Shown: positions 10,535 to 20,692, numbered from the stretch's first letter. The stretch is DNA of 64,000 nt from an uncultured Blautia sp. (GCA_900541985.1 UQLX01000001.1:61046-125045); one strand, 5' to 3'. Translations and numbers: made by a program. Notes: generated from the sequence alone by a model not told the origin.

Positions 10535-11143
10535 ATGGTTATTAAACAGGCAGAGTTAGATATTGTATGCGGTGTCACCAGTAAGCTTCCGGATACGGGA
10601 ATGCCGGAGGTAGCATTTGCAGGAAAATCCAATGTGGGGAAATCCTCCCTGATCAACGGGCTGATGAACCGGAAGTCGCTGGCACGTACCAGCGGACAGC
10701 CGGGAAAGACCCAGACGATTAATTTTTATAAGGTCAATGGGGAAATGTATCTGGTGGATCTTCCGGGTTATGGTTATGCAAAGGTTTCTCAGGCGGAAAA
10801 AGAAAAATGGGGAAAGATGATTGAAAAATATCTCCATACTTCTAAGAATCTGAAAGCAGTTTTTCTGCTTATTGATATCCGCCATGAGCCTTCTGCCAAC
10901 GACAGACAGATGTATGACTGGATCCTGCATAATGGCTATGAACCTATTATCATAGCAACAAAGCTGGATAAGCTGAAAAGAAGCCAGGTTCAGAAACACC
11001 TGAAAATGGTTCGCGAAGGACTTCAGGTAAAAAAAGGAACTGCAGTGATCGCCTATTCAGCGGAGACCAAACAGGGAAGAGAAGAAATCTGGGAGCTGAT
11101 CGACTCTCTGACAGGAAAAGAAGATCCTGCAGAAGAAGTCTGA
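10535..11143 (+). CDS. engB: ribosome biogenesis GTP-binding protein YsxC/EngB
   Basis: G1 'GKSNVGKSSLIN', G3 'DLPGYGYA', G4 'TKLDK'. It follows lon, as in Bacillus and Clostridium. Confidence 0.9.
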   Translation: MVIKQAELDIVCGVTSKLPDTGMPEVAFAGKSNVGKSSLINGLMNRKSLARTSGQPGKTQTINFYKVNGEMYLVDLPGYGYAKVSQAEKEKWGKMIEKYLHTSKNLKAVFLLIDIRHEPSANDRQMYDWILHNGYEPIIIATKLDKLKRSQVQKHLKMVREGLQVKKGTAVIAYSAETKQGREEIWELIDSLTGKEDPAEEV

Positions 11144-11154
11144 AAGGATAAAAA

Positions 11155-12000
11155 ATGGGAATCATCAAAGCTTTAAAGGTTGGATTTGATTATTTTAAAT
11201 ATGATGATGACGGCAATATACAGGAAACACAGAGGGCAGTTGATGATGTCAGCGTAGACATCCAGGAAGGGGAATTTGTAGCAATCCTGGGGCATAACGG
11301 TTCTGGAAAATCTACTTTTGCCAAGCATATCAATGCCCTTCTTCTTCCTACGGAGGGCACTGTCTGGATCGATAAAATGGATACCCTGAAAGAGCCGGAA
11401 CTGTGGAAGATCCGGCAGAAGGCAGGAATGGTATTTCAGAATCCGGACAACCAGATTATTGGTACGGTTGTAGAGGAAGATGTGGGATTTGGTCCGGAAA
11501 ATATGGGAGTACCCACGGAAGATATCTGGAAAAGGGTGGAGGAAAGCCTGAGTAAAACAGGGATGACAGCGTATCGCCATCATTCACCGAATAAGCTTTC
11601 CGGAGGGCAGAAGCAGAGAGTGGCGATCGCCGGTGTTATGGCTATGCGCCCCCGGTGCATTGTCCTGGATGAGCCTACGGCCATGCTTGACCCTAATGGC
11701 CGAAAAGAAGTGCTGGATGCAGTACATCAGCTGAACAGACAGGAAAAGGTGACGGTCGTCCTGATCACGCACTATATGGAAGAAGTGATCCAGGCAGATC
11801 ATGTCTATGTTATGGATGAGGGACATGTAGTGATGGAAGGAACGCCAAGAGAAATTTTTTCTCAGGTGGAGACTTTGAAAAAGTACAGACTGGATGTGCC
11901 GCAGGTTACACTTCTTGCACATGAACTGAAAAAATCCGGAGTCGATCTTCCGGATGGGATCCTTACTACGGAGGAACTGGTGAACGCCTTATGTCAATAG
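11155..12000 (+). CDS. ecfA1: energy-coupling factor transporter ATPase EcfA1
   Basis: Walker A 'GHNGSGKST', signature 'LSGGQKQR', Walker B 'IVLDEPT'. It is the first gene of an ecfA-ecfA'-ecfT-truA array. Confidence 0.9.
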   Translation: MGIIKALKVGFDYFKYDDDGNIQETQRAVDDVSVDIQEGEFVAILGHNGSGKSTFAKHINALLLPTEGTVWIDKMDTLKEPELWKIRQKAGMVFQNPDNQIIGTVVEEDVGFGPENMGVPTEDIWKRVEESLSKTGMTAYRHHSPNKLSGGQKQRVAIAGVMAMRPRCIVLDEPTAMLDPNGRKEVLDAVHQLNRQEKVTVVLITHYMEEVIQADHVYVMDEGHVVMEGTPREIFSQVETLKKYRLDVPQVTLLAHELKKSGVDLPDGILTTEELVNALCQ

Positions 12001-12878
12001 AGTTAAAAAATGTAACATATACCTATAGTCCGGGAACAGCTTATGAGATTCATGCATTAAAGGATATCAATCTGAATATTCCTGACGGACAGTTTATCGG
12101 AGTGATTGGTCATACCGGAAGCGGGAAATCTACGCTGATTCAGCATCTGAACGCTCTGATCCGACCTACCTCGGGAACAATTCTCTATAATGGAGAAGAT
12201 GTGTGGGCAGAGAAGTATGACAGGCGAAGTCTGAGAAGTCAGGTGGGACTTGTATTTCAGTATCCGGAGCATCAGCTTTTTGAAAGTGATGTGATCTCAG
12301 ATGTCTGTTTTGGACCTGTAAATCAGGGAATGAGCCGGGAAGAAGCAGAAAAAGAAGCAAAAAAGGCACTTCTTCAGGTTGGATTTAAAGAAAAAAATTT
12401 CAGCAAGTCTCCTTTTGAACTTTCCGGAGGTCAGAAAAAACGAGTGGCCATAGCCGGGGTACTTGCCATGAATCCAAAGATCCTGATTTTGGATGAGCCT
12501 ACAGCAGGGCTGGATCCGAAAGGACGGGACGAGATTCTGGATCAGATCGCAGAGCTTCACAAGGTACGGGGGATTACGATCATCCTGGTATCTCACAGTA
12601 TGGAGGATGTGGCAAAGTATGTGGAGAGGCTGATCGTGGTCAATCATGGAGAGATCGCCTTTGACGATACGCCCAGAAAAGTGTTTGCGCATTATCAGGA
12701 ACTGGAGACGATGGGACTTGCAGCGCCTCAGATTACCTATATCATGCATGCACTGAAAGAAAAGGGACTGGATGTGGATCCGGATGCCACCACAGTGGAA
12801 GAAGCGGCGAAGGATATTCTGAGAACCCTGAAGGAAACCGGTTCTCCGCTTTTGAAGGGAGGACATAACGATGATTAG
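11991..12878 (+). CDS. ecfA2: energy-coupling factor transporter ATPase EcfA2
   Basis: Walker A 'GHTGSGKST', 'LSGGQKKR', 'LILDEPT'. Its start overlaps the end of ecfA1. Confidence 0.9.
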   Translation: MSIELKNVTYTYSPGTAYEIHALKDINLNIPDGQFIGVIGHTGSGKSTLIQHLNALIRPTSGTILYNGEDVWAEKYDRRSLRSQVGLVFQYPEHQLFESDVISDVCFGPVNQGMSREEAEKEAKKALLQVGFKEKNFSKSPFELSGGQKKRVAIAGVLAMNPKILILDEPTAGLDPKGRDEILDQIAELHKVRGITIILVSHSMEDVAKYVERLIVVNHGEIAFDDTPRKVFAHYQELETMGLAAPQITYIMHALKEKGLDVDPDATTVEEAAKDILRTLKETGSPLLKGGHNDD

Positions 12879-13674
12879 AGATATTACCATCGGACAGTAT
12901 TATCCGGCAGATTCTCCTCTTCATAAGCTGGATCCAAGAACCAAGCTTATGGGGACACTGATTTTTATTATTTCGGTGTTCTTATTCCATACCATACCCG
13001 GATATGCGGTGGCAACATTATTTTTGGCTGCTTTGATCAAAATTTCCAAAGTGCCTGTAAAATTTATTTTCAAGGGTCTGAAAGCAATTTTTATGATCCT
13101 TCTGATCACCATGCTGTTCAATGTGTTTCTGACACCTGGAGAGGTGATCTGGAAACTGGGATTCCTGAAAATGACGAAAGAGGGAATTTCTCTGGCCGTA
13201 AGGATGGCTATCCGTTTGATCTATCTGGTGATCGGCTCCTCTCTTATGACACTGACAACTACGCCGAACCAGCTTACAGACGGACTGGAAAGAAGTCTTC
13301 GTCCATTAAATCGACTTCGTGTGCCGGTTCATGAGATTTCTATGATGATGTCGATCGCTCTTCGTTTTATCCCGATCCTGTTGGAGGAGACGGATAAGAT
13401 CATGAAAGCGCAGATCGCCAGAGGTGCGGATTTTGAAAATGGAAATCTGATCCAGAAAGTAAAAAATATGGTTCCTCTTCTGGTGCCTCTTTTTATTTCT
13501 GCATTCCGCAGGGCCAATGATCTTGCAATGGCTATGGAAGCGCGCTGTTATCATGGAGGAGAGCACAGAACACAGATGAAACCTCTCTGCTATCAAAAAA
13601 GAGATTATGTGACCTATTTGATCCTGGCAGCTTATCTGGCTGTTGCGATCATATTCCGGGTGGTGGGAATATGA
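12871..13674 (+). CDS. ecfT: energy-coupling factor transporter transmembrane subunit EcfT
   Basis: Polytopic membrane protein with the conserved 'ARG' coupling helices ('IARGADF', 'AMEARCY'). It overlaps both neighbours. Confidence 0.9.
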   Translation: MIRDITIGQYYPADSPLHKLDPRTKLMGTLIFIISVFLFHTIPGYAVATLFLAALIKISKVPVKFIFKGLKAIFMILLITMLFNVFLTPGEVIWKLGFLKMTKEGISLAVRMAIRLIYLVIGSSLMTLTTTPNQLTDGLERSLRPLNRLRVPVHEISMMMSIALRFIPILLEETDKIMKAQIARGADFENGNLIQKVKNMVPLLVPLFISAFRRANDLAMAMEARCYHGGEHRTQMKPLCYQKRDYVTYLILAAYLAVAIIFRVVGI

Positions 13675-14411
13675 AACGAGTAGGACTTGTCGTTGCCTAT
13701 GATGGCACAAATTACTGCGGCTGGCAGATCCAGCCAAACGGAATTACCATTCAGGGTGTGCTGAATGACGCACTTTCAGAGCTTCTGGGAGAAAAAATAG
13801 AAACCATCGGTGCCAGCCGGACAGATGCAGGAGTTCATGCGCTGGGAAATGTGGCGGTATTTGATACAAATACCAGGATACCAGGAGAAAAAATTTCCTA
13901 TGCTCTGAATCAGAGACTCCCGGAGGATATCCGGATCCAGTTTTCGGAGGAAGTAGAACCGGATTTTCACCCGAGATACTGTGACAGTGAAAAAACATAT
14001 GAATACAGGATTCTGAACCGGAAGTTTCCGGTTCCCACAGAACGCCTCTATTCTTATTTTTATCATTATAAGCTGGATGTGGCAAAGATGCAGGAGGCAA
14101 CCTCCTATCTGATCGGACGCCATGATTTTGCCAGCTTCTGCGGAACAGGAGCCCAGGTAAAATCAACGATCCGTACTGTGACCGGGATCGATGTATGGAG
14201 AGACGGCGATATTGTTACGATCCGGGTTTCCGGCGAAGGATTTCTTTATAATATGGTGCGCATCATTGCCGGAACACTGATCCAGGTAGGAAATGGACAG
14301 TATCCGCCGGAGCGCGTCCGCGATATCCTGAATGCCTGTGACAGATCTGTGTCCGGACCTACTGCGCCGGCTCATGGACTGACCTTAATGGGAATTGAAT
14401 TTTTTGACTGA
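13671..14411 (+). CDS. truA: tRNA pseudouridine(38-40) synthase
   Basis: 'VAYDGTNYCGWQIQPN' and 'GASRTDAGVHALGNV' (catalytic Asp). Confidence 0.92.
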   Translation: MKRVGLVVAYDGTNYCGWQIQPNGITIQGVLNDALSELLGEKIETIGASRTDAGVHALGNVAVFDTNTRIPGEKISYALNQRLPEDIRIQFSEEVEPDFHPRYCDSEKTYEYRILNRKFPVPTERLYSYFYHYKLDVAKMQEATSYLIGRHDFASFCGTGAQVKSTIRTVTGIDVWRDGDIVTIRVSGEGFLYNMVRIIAGTLIQVGNGQYPPERVRDILNACDRSVSGPTAPAHGLTLMGIEFFD

Positions 14412-14434
14412 TATTCAGGAGATGTAAGTTTATT

Positions 14435-15604
14435 ATGATTGAATTGTTGGCTTCTTTATTTATCAGAGACAGACGAAATTATACCTCGCCTGCTGTCCGA
14501 CAGTCCTATGGAACGCTTTGCGGGGCAGTAGGCATCGGGCTGAATATCGTGCTGTTTCTGGGAAAGTGGATTGCAGGATTTCTGAGTGGCTCCATTGCCA
14601 TTACCGCAGATGCATTTAACAACCTTTCCGATGCAGGTTCATCTATAATCACACTGATCGGATTTCGGATCTCAGGACAGAGACCGGACCCTGAGCACCC
14701 GTTCGGACATGGAAGGATGGAGTATATTTCCGGTCTGCTTGTTTCGGTAGCCATCCTGATCATGGGATTTGAACTGGTAAAATCCTCTGTGGAAAAACTG
14801 TTCCATCCGGAACCGATTGAGAGCAGTCCCGTGATCATTGGAATTCTGGCTGCTTCCATACTTGTAAAGATTTATATGTTTTATTATAACCGGGCAGTAG
14901 GCAAAAAGATTGAAAGCGCCGCCATGCATGCAACAGCCATGGACAGCTTAAGCGATACCATATCCACAGCGCTTGTACTTGCGGCAACCGTGATCAGTCA
15001 GTATACCGGTCTTCTGCTCGATGGCTGGTTTGGGATTCTGGTAGGTCTTTTTATTCTCTATACCGGAGCATCCACCATTAAAGAGACCATGGATCTTCTT
15101 CTTGGTCAGCCGCCGAAGGAGGAATTTATTGACGAGATTCATGAGATCGTAACTTCTCATGATCTGGTTTACGGAATCCATGATCTGATCGTTCATGATT
15201 ATGGTCCCGGTCGTCTGATGGTCTCTCTTCATGTGGAAGTGGATTCCGAGGGGGATATCCAGGCTATCCATGAGCAGATCGATCATATTGAGAATGAGCT
15301 TCAGGAAAAGCTGCACTGCTCAGCCACTATCCATATGGATCCGATTGTGACCAATGATGAGGAAGTTGTGGAGATGCGCCAAAAGGTCAATGAGATTGTA
15401 CGGGAGACAGATCCGACTTTCAGTATGCATGATTTCCGTATGGTAAAGGGTCCAACCAGCACAAATCTGATTTTCGACGTGTCAGTACCAAGCGGATGCA
15501 AAAGTACAGACAATGAGATCATGAACAGTCTGAAGGATAAGATCCGGAAGCTTCCGGGAAGCAAATACTTCCCGGTAATCCAGATCGATCATGAATATTA
15601 CTGA
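14435..15604 (+). CDS. cation diffusion facilitator family transporter
   Basis: Six TM helices, 'ADAFNNLSDAGS' and 'HATAMDSLSDT' metal-site motifs, and a C-terminal cytoplasmic domain. Confidence 0.85.
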   Translation: MIELLASLFIRDRRNYTSPAVRQSYGTLCGAVGIGLNIVLFLGKWIAGFLSGSIAITADAFNNLSDAGSSIITLIGFRISGQRPDPEHPFGHGRMEYISGLLVSVAILIMGFELVKSSVEKLFHPEPIESSPVIIGILAASILVKIYMFYYNRAVGKKIESAAMHATAMDSLSDTISTALVLAATVISQYTGLLLDGWFGILVGLFILYTGASTIKETMDLLLGQPPKEEFIDEIHEIVTSHDLVYGIHDLIVHDYGPGRLMVSLHVEVDSEGDIQAIHEQIDHIENELQEKLHCSATIHMDPIVTNDEEVVEMRQKVNEIVRETDPTFSMHDFRMVKGPTSTNLIFDVSVPSGCKSTDNEIMNSLKDKIRKLPGSKYFPVIQIDHEYY

Positions 15605-15640
15605 TTTTTTTGCAGACCGGAGCCGAAGGGCAGAAGCGTG

Positions 15641-15964
15641 TCAGAGCTGTCTGATCAGCCTTTCAAGAAGATCACCCTGAAGATAGTAGGTGGTCTCGAA
15701 ATGAAGGAAGGACATGGAGTTTTCATCCCAGAGCAGCATCAGCTTAGGCGGAAACTCCTCATCCCCTTCCCAGAACTGAAGCAGTACAGGAAAGTAGGGA
15801 GTGACCGGGATCAGGCAGGTAATATCAGCGCCGGCAAGTTTTTCCTGTACCTGCCCGGTCTTCCGGCTGATCCGGTATGGCGTGTGGAGATAATCCAGAT
15901 AGATCCATGTTTCATCAGAGATCAGGTGAAACCGCCGGATCAGCATTTCCTGATCATATTCCAT
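15641..15964 (-). CDS. short DUF3786-like protein (possibly degraded)
   Basis: 'YDQEMLIRRFHL...YLDYLHTPYRISRKTG' and 'PVLLQFWEGDEEFPPKLMLLWDEN' resemble, from memory, the N- and C-terminal blocks of DUF3786. Only 107 aa. Confidence 0.4.
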   Translation of the reverse strand: MEYDQEMLIRRFHLISDETWIYLDYLHTPYRISRKTGQVQEKLAGADITCLIPVTPYFPVLLQFWEGDEEFPPKLMLLWDENSMSFLHFETTYYLQGDLLERLIRQL

Positions 15965-16172
15965 AAAGAGTTTTTTTCAATATCTACCTGAAGATCATAA
16001 TTGGATGCTATGCTTTTTCTTTTCATTGTGAACTCCTTTTTGTGTCGAAGAGCGTTTTTCAAAGAAACTGTTAAATAATTATTTATCATTGGTTTTATTG
16101 TAGCATGCTTTTCTTTATAATTACAGATGATGGAGCAAACATAGAACGAAAAAAAGCATATTTCAGGTTTTT

Positions 16173-16192
16173 CCTTATAAAATCCTTATAAT
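16173..16192 (+). promoter_or_regulatory. direct repeat CCTTATAA-N3-CCTTATAA overlapping a TATAAT -10; candidate response-regulator box for the immunity operon
   Basis: Identical 8-mers at 16173-16180 and 16184-16191 with 11-bp periodicity. TATAAT lies at 16187-16192, and there is no good -35. Confidence 0.35.
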
Positions 16193-16286
16193 CATCTCGT
16201 ATCCTGTAGATGTAAAAGAAAAACAGGGCTGCTGATGACCAGGCTTCTGCGAAAGACATCGGCTGCTTATTTTACAGGAGGAAAAG

Positions 16287-16991
16287 ATGAGTCAGAATAT
16301 CATAGAAATCAAAAATCTTGAAAAATCATTCAAATATCACAAAGTACTTAATAACATATCCATGGCAATTCCGGAAGGCTGTGTATACGGTCTTCTGGGG
16401 CCAAACGGCGCAGGCAAATCCACAATTTTGAAAATGCTTGCAGGTCTTCTGCGGCCGGATTCGGGAAAAATCCTGTTCCGGGGACAACCGTGGAGCAGAA
16501 AAAATCTGGAAGAAACAGGCTGCCTGATCGAAACACCACCTATTTATGAGAATCTGTCTGCCTGGGAAAATCTGAAGGTGAGGGCTCTCCTTCTCGGAGA
16601 GTCAGAAGAGCGGATGCGGGAAGTTCTTGAGACAGTGGATCTTACCGGTACAGGAAGAAAACCGGCGGGGAAATTTTCTCTGGGAATGAAACAGAGACTG
16701 GGAATTGCCATTGCCCTTCTGGGACGTCCGAAGCTTCTGATTCTGGACGAACCGGTTAATGGTCTGGATCCACTGGGAATACAGGAACTGCGGCAGATGA
16801 TCCGAAATTTTCCCAGGCAGGGGATCACTGTGATCGTATCCAGTCATATTTTAAGCGAGATTCAACAGACGGCAGATTATATAGGGATACTGGCAAATGG
16901 AAAGCTGGGATATGAAGGAACTATGGATACGCATACAGATCTGGAACAGCTTTTTCTGGATATTGTGGCGGCGGAAAGGGAGGCAAGATAA
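16287..16991 (+). CDS. lantibiotic-protection ABC transporter ATP-binding subunit (MutF/SpaF type)
   Basis: Walker A 'GPNGAGKST', 'FSLGMKQRLGIA', 'LILDEP'. It is followed by two small, related 6-TM permeases. Confidence 0.8.
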   Translation: MSQNIIEIKNLEKSFKYHKVLNNISMAIPEGCVYGLLGPNGAGKSTILKMLAGLLRPDSGKILFRGQPWSRKNLEETGCLIETPPIYENLSAWENLKVRALLLGESEERMREVLETVDLTGTGRKPAGKFSLGMKQRLGIAIALLGRPKLLILDEPVNGLDPLGIQELRQMIRNFPRQGITVIVSSHILSEIQQTADYIGILANGKLGYEGTMDTHTDLEQLFLDIVAAEREAR

Positions 16992-17756
16992 ATGAAGAAT
17001 TATTTTTATGCGGAAAAATTAAAATACCGCGGTACGTTTTTGTGGGGGCTGCTGTTTCTGATGCCTGCAGTCTGCACCTTCCTGTCTGCTCAGCTTACCC
17101 ATAATTATTTTGCCATGGATGGCTATAACTGGTGGTATATCACGATGCTTCCGGGATTTCTGGTTATTATCTGCGGTCAGATCGGGGGAAAGGATCTGAA
17201 AAAGCAGAACCGTACCATAGGATCTCTTCCGGCAGATATGGGAAAAATCTGGGATGCCAAGATTCTTCTGGCTGTGACGCTGAGTGGAGTAGCTACACTG
17301 ATTCTGCTTATTCTGATCCTGATTGGGACAGCAGCTATGGAAAAAAGTCTTCATATGACTTTCATCAATCCTCCTTCGGTGGAAAGGCAGATCCTTGCAG
17401 CCTTTCTGATCTGGATCACTTCTCTCTGGATGCTTCCGTTTTGCCTTTTTCTGGTGCAGAAAACAGGTGTGATTCTTATGGTAGTGATAAGCCTTGCGTC
17501 CAGTCAGATACTGGCGCCTCTTATTGCCCTGAAAAACTGGTTTTTTCTGGTTCCTTTTGGGATTACGGCAAGGGTGATGTGCCCGGTATTGCGTACGCTT
17601 CCAAACGGATTACCCGCAGAACCGGGACAGATTACTTTCACACAGGAATTAATGAGTGTTTCTGCGGCAGCGACAGGAGTGGGCGCCTCCCTTCTGTGGT
17701 TTGGAGGATTCTGGTTTCTGACCCGGAAATGGTACAAAAGGCAGGTGGAAGTCTGA
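16992..17756 (+). CDS. lantibiotic-immunity ABC permease, MutE/EpiE type
   Basis: 254-aa 6-TM protein beginning 'MKNYFYAEKLKYRGTF'. It is contiguous with the ATPase. Confidence 0.7.
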   Translation: MKNYFYAEKLKYRGTFLWGLLFLMPAVCTFLSAQLTHNYFAMDGYNWWYITMLPGFLVIICGQIGGKDLKKQNRTIGSLPADMGKIWDAKILLAVTLSGVATLILLILILIGTAAMEKSLHMTFINPPSVERQILAAFLIWITSLWMLPFCLFLVQKTGVILMVVISLASSQILAPLIALKNWFFLVPFGITARVMCPVLRTLPNGLPAEPGQITFTQELMSVSAAATGVGASLLWFGGFWFLTRKWYKRQVEV

Positions 17757-18493
17757 TGAAAAGAGTAAAAGCGGAACTATATAAAATGCATCATACTTTT
17801 TTGATTCCAATTCATATCCTGATACCGGTGATTTCAGCAGGTGTTTTTCTTGCGTGGACCAGGATGAGCGCCCAGCTTCAGTTTTCTGTTTTTGTACAGG
17901 CGGTGGGAGTGGCTTTTCCGGCGCTTTCCGCTCTGATCTGTGCGGGAAGTGTGGAACTGGAACTCCCCGGGCATTTTCAGGGATTCCTCATGCTTCCTGG
18001 AAGAAAGGAAAGCGCCCTTCTGGCAAAATGGATCACTTTGCAGAGTATGGCTTTTCTGGCTGTAATGGGAGCCATGATTATTTATGGAGCAGGAAACCGC
18101 CTGATATTAGGCGATATGGAAATATCGTTTTCTGTTTTTCTGAAAGCAGGAGTGCTTCTCTGGCTGGGAAGTCTGCCTCTTTATCTGGAGCATTTGTTTC
18201 TCAATCTCTGCCTTTCAAAAGCCGTGTCACTGGCTGTTTCCATAGGGGAACTTCTTATCTCTGCTCTGTTTCTGACAGGACTTGGAGAGGGGAAATGGCA
18301 GTATGTTCCCTGTACCTGGAGCGCTCGTGGAACCTCTCTGTATCTTGCAGAAAAATTTAACAGAAGAGCAGCACTGGGAGCTTCTGCCACGGAGCTGCAT
18401 GAGATTCTGACCTGCGTCTTGATGGGCGTGAGTCTTTGTGTCATAATCTTTATATGGTTTCATTTTTATGAAGGAAGACAGGAAAATGATTAG
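17756..18493 (+). CDS. lantibiotic-immunity ABC permease, MutG type
   Basis: The ATG at 17756 overlaps the mutE-like stop (ATGA). 'MKRVKAELYKMHHTFLIPI...' is a 6-TM protein. The 17132 start in the ORF track is a frame-shadow extension. Confidence 0.65.
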   Translation: MKRVKAELYKMHHTFLIPIHILIPVISAGVFLAWTRMSAQLQFSVFVQAVGVAFPALSALICAGSVELELPGHFQGFLMLPGRKESALLAKWITLQSMAFLAVMGAMIIYGAGNRLILGDMEISFSVFLKAGVLLWLGSLPLYLEHLFLNLCLSKAVSLAVSIGELLISALFLTGLGEGKWQYVPCTWSARGTSLYLAEKFNRRAALGASATELHEILTCVLMGVSLCVIIFIWFHFYEGRQEND

Positions 18494-18504
18494 GAGGAAA
18501 ACAT

Positions 18505-19164
18505 ATGTGCAGGATTCTGGCTGTTGATGATGATCAGGGGATTCTGGCAGTGATCCGTAAAGCACTGGAAAAGGAAGGCTATCTGGTGGATACGCTGGAT
18601 GACCCGGAAAAAATAAATCCGGAGAGATTAAGTGATTATCAGCTGATCCTTCTGGATGTTATGATGCCGGGAACAGATGGATTTACAGTCTGCCGCAGGA
18701 TTCGGGAACAGGTGGACTGCCCCATACTTTTTGTAACGGCAAAAACAGAAGAAGGTGATCTGATCACCGGTTTTGGTCTGGGGGCAGACGATTATATCAG
18801 AAAACCCTTTGGTCTGGGAGAACTGCGGGCAAGGGTGGCGGCTCATCTTCGTCGGGAGAGCAGGGAAAAAAGGCATCGGGTCACTTTGGGCGATCTGGAA
18901 TTTTCTCTGCAGTCGAAAGAGATATATTGTCAGGGAAAGCAGATTCCTCTGACAAAAAGCGAATATGCCATCTGTGAGTATCTTGCCCTGAACCGGGGGC
19001 AGGTGTTTTCAAAAGAGCGGATTTATGAGTATGTTTTTGGATACGATGGAGAAAGTGACAGCTCTGCCATTACAGAGCATGTGAAAAACATCCGGGCGAA
19101 ACTTCAGAAGGTGGGAGTGTCGCCTGTAGAAACGGTGTGGGGGATCGGGTATAAATGGAAGTGA
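18505..19164 (+). CDS. OmpR-family response regulator
   Basis: Receiver 'ILAVDDD...LILLDVMMPG' plus a winged-helix 'VETVWGIGYKW' C-terminus. Confidence 0.9.
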   Translation: MCRILAVDDDQGILAVIRKALEKEGYLVDTLDDPEKINPERLSDYQLILLDVMMPGTDGFTVCRRIREQVDCPILFVTAKTEEGDLITGFGLGADDYIRKPFGLGELRARVAAHLRRESREKRHRVTLGDLEFSLQSKEIYCQGKQIPLTKSEYAICEYLALNRGQVFSKERIYEYVFGYDGESDSSAITEHVKNIRAKLQKVGVSPVETVWGIGYKWK

Positions 19165-20642
19165 AAAGCGGCAAAAAAATAACCCTGACAGGTCTCTTTG
19201 GAAAATATATCCTGAGCTTTACCGGCATAGTGATCCTGCTGGCTTTTTTCTGCTTTTTTGTAATGCTGGGCACTGTCACCATGATCGGAGGTCTTTTGCT
19301 TCCGGCCAACTATGCGGAACAGGTTCTGGCAGAAAACGGCGAGGAGATCCGAAATGCAGAAAGGGTGACAGAGAAGCTGATACCTGCGGGAACTCTTTAT
19401 GGAGTCTTTTCGGAAGATGGAAAACTTCTTTATGGAAATTTTGATGAAAAAGAAGAAAAAAACGCATGGGACAAATACCGGAAAGATAATAAATATGCAG
19501 AGGGAAAAGGTTATTATTCTTTTTTTCAGAGAAAAAACGGCGAGGTATGTATTACAAAATATTTTATAGAAGTCCGTTATGCAAAGGAAAGATGGAATCA
19601 GATTCTTCCGCCGGCGGAACAGCTTACCACCTGGTTTACCATAGGTTTGTTTATTATTCTGACAGTTGTCAGCGGTTTTATCCTGTCCAGATGCTTTGCC
19701 CGAAGGATGAAAAAACAGCTGGAGGGGCTTTGCGAGGCAACGGAAAAAATTGCTGCCAACAACCTGGAATTTGAGAGCAGGCTATCGGAAATTCAGGAGA
19801 TCGGAGATGTCATGATGTCCCTGGAAAAAATGAAGCTTGCGCTGAAGGCTTCTCTCCAGCAGCAGTGGGAATCCGAGCAGCAGAAAAACCGGCAGATTTC
19901 TGCCCTGGCACACGATATCAAAACGCCTTTGACCGTAGTCCGGGGAAATGCAGAGCTTCTTTCTGAGGGAGAGTCCGGAGAAGAAGAGCAGGAATGTATT
20001 CGGGAGATTTTGAAAAATGTGGATTACATGGAGCAGTATCTGGATTCTATGCGTCAGGTTCTGAGAGGCAGGGAAAAAGAAGAAATAAAGAAGCTGGTGA
20101 GAGCAGAAGAGCTGACCCGAAAACTTCGGGAGGAAGCAGAGGCTCTTGGGGCAGCGGAGAAGATTCCGGTGATCCTGGAAAGCAGAAATCCGAATGCGGG
20201 AAAAGAGGAGGGATTCTCTGCTTATGAGAAAGCAGATTCGGAAAGTACAGGAGAAATCCTCTGCTGTATAGACGAAGTGATGCGGGCATGGAAAAACATT
20301 CTTGGAAATGCGCTGGAGCATACAGATTCTGCTCAGGGAATCCATATAGAGATCCGTACAGAGGAGATAGCAGAGGATGGGCGTTTTTCCGGAAGCTATC
20401 TTGTGGCTTTGGTAAGGGATCATGGACCGGGATTTTCCGGGCAGGCGCTTGTCTACGGAGCAGAGCCATTTTTCAGCGGAGATAACAGCCGCCATGACCG
20501 GACTCATCAGGGACTGGGATTGTCTATTGCAGATACTTTTATGAAAAAGCAGGGAGGATTTCTAAAATTCGCGAATTCAGAGGATGGGAGCGGAGCAGAG
20601 GTTTCCCTCTGGATCAAAACAGTTGATAATAAAGGGGACTGA
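19155..20642 (+). CDS. sensor histidine kinase
   Basis: Two TM segments, H-box 'SALAHDIKTPLT', and N/G boxes 'LGNALEHT' and 'GLGLSIA'. It overlaps the RR stop. Confidence 0.85.
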   Translation: MEVKSGKKITLTGLFGKYILSFTGIVILLAFFCFFVMLGTVTMIGGLLLPANYAEQVLAENGEEIRNAERVTEKLIPAGTLYGVFSEDGKLLYGNFDEKEEKNAWDKYRKDNKYAEGKGYYSFFQRKNGEVCITKYFIEVRYAKERWNQILPPAEQLTTWFTIGLFIILTVVSGFILSRCFARRMKKQLEGLCEATEKIAANNLEFESRLSEIQEIGDVMMSLEKMKLALKASLQQQWESEQQKNRQISALAHDIKTPLTVVRGNAELLSEGESGEEEQECIREILKNVDYMEQYLDSMRQVLRGREKEEIKKLVRAEELTRKLREEAEALGAAEKIPVILESRNPNAGKEEGFSAYEKADSESTGEILCCIDEVMRAWKNILGNALEHTDSAQGIHIEIRTEEIAEDGRFSGSYLVALVRDHGPGFSGQALVYGAEPFFSGDNSRHDRTHQGLGLSIADTFMKKQGGFLKFANSEDGSGAEVSLWIKTVDNKGD

Positions 20643-20651
20643 ATAAGAATT

Positions 20652-20692
20652 CCCGGGAATCAGAAACGATTCCCGGGTGTTTTTATTTTTTT
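20652..20692 (+). terminator. intrinsic terminator between the convergent HK and TetR genes
   Basis: 10-bp stem CCCGGGAATC / GATTCCCGGG with a 6-nt loop, followed by TGTTTTTATTTTTTT. Confidence 0.6.

Noticed and set aside
17132-18493. A 453-aa ORF in the track that spans the mutE-like gene and the mutG-like gene.
   Set aside because: The first 208 codons overlap the MutE-type permease in another frame and translate to Ser/Gly/Arg-rich nonsense. A proper ATG at 17756 (an ATGA overlap with the upstream stop) gives a 245-aa 6-TM protein. Only 17756-18493 is kept.
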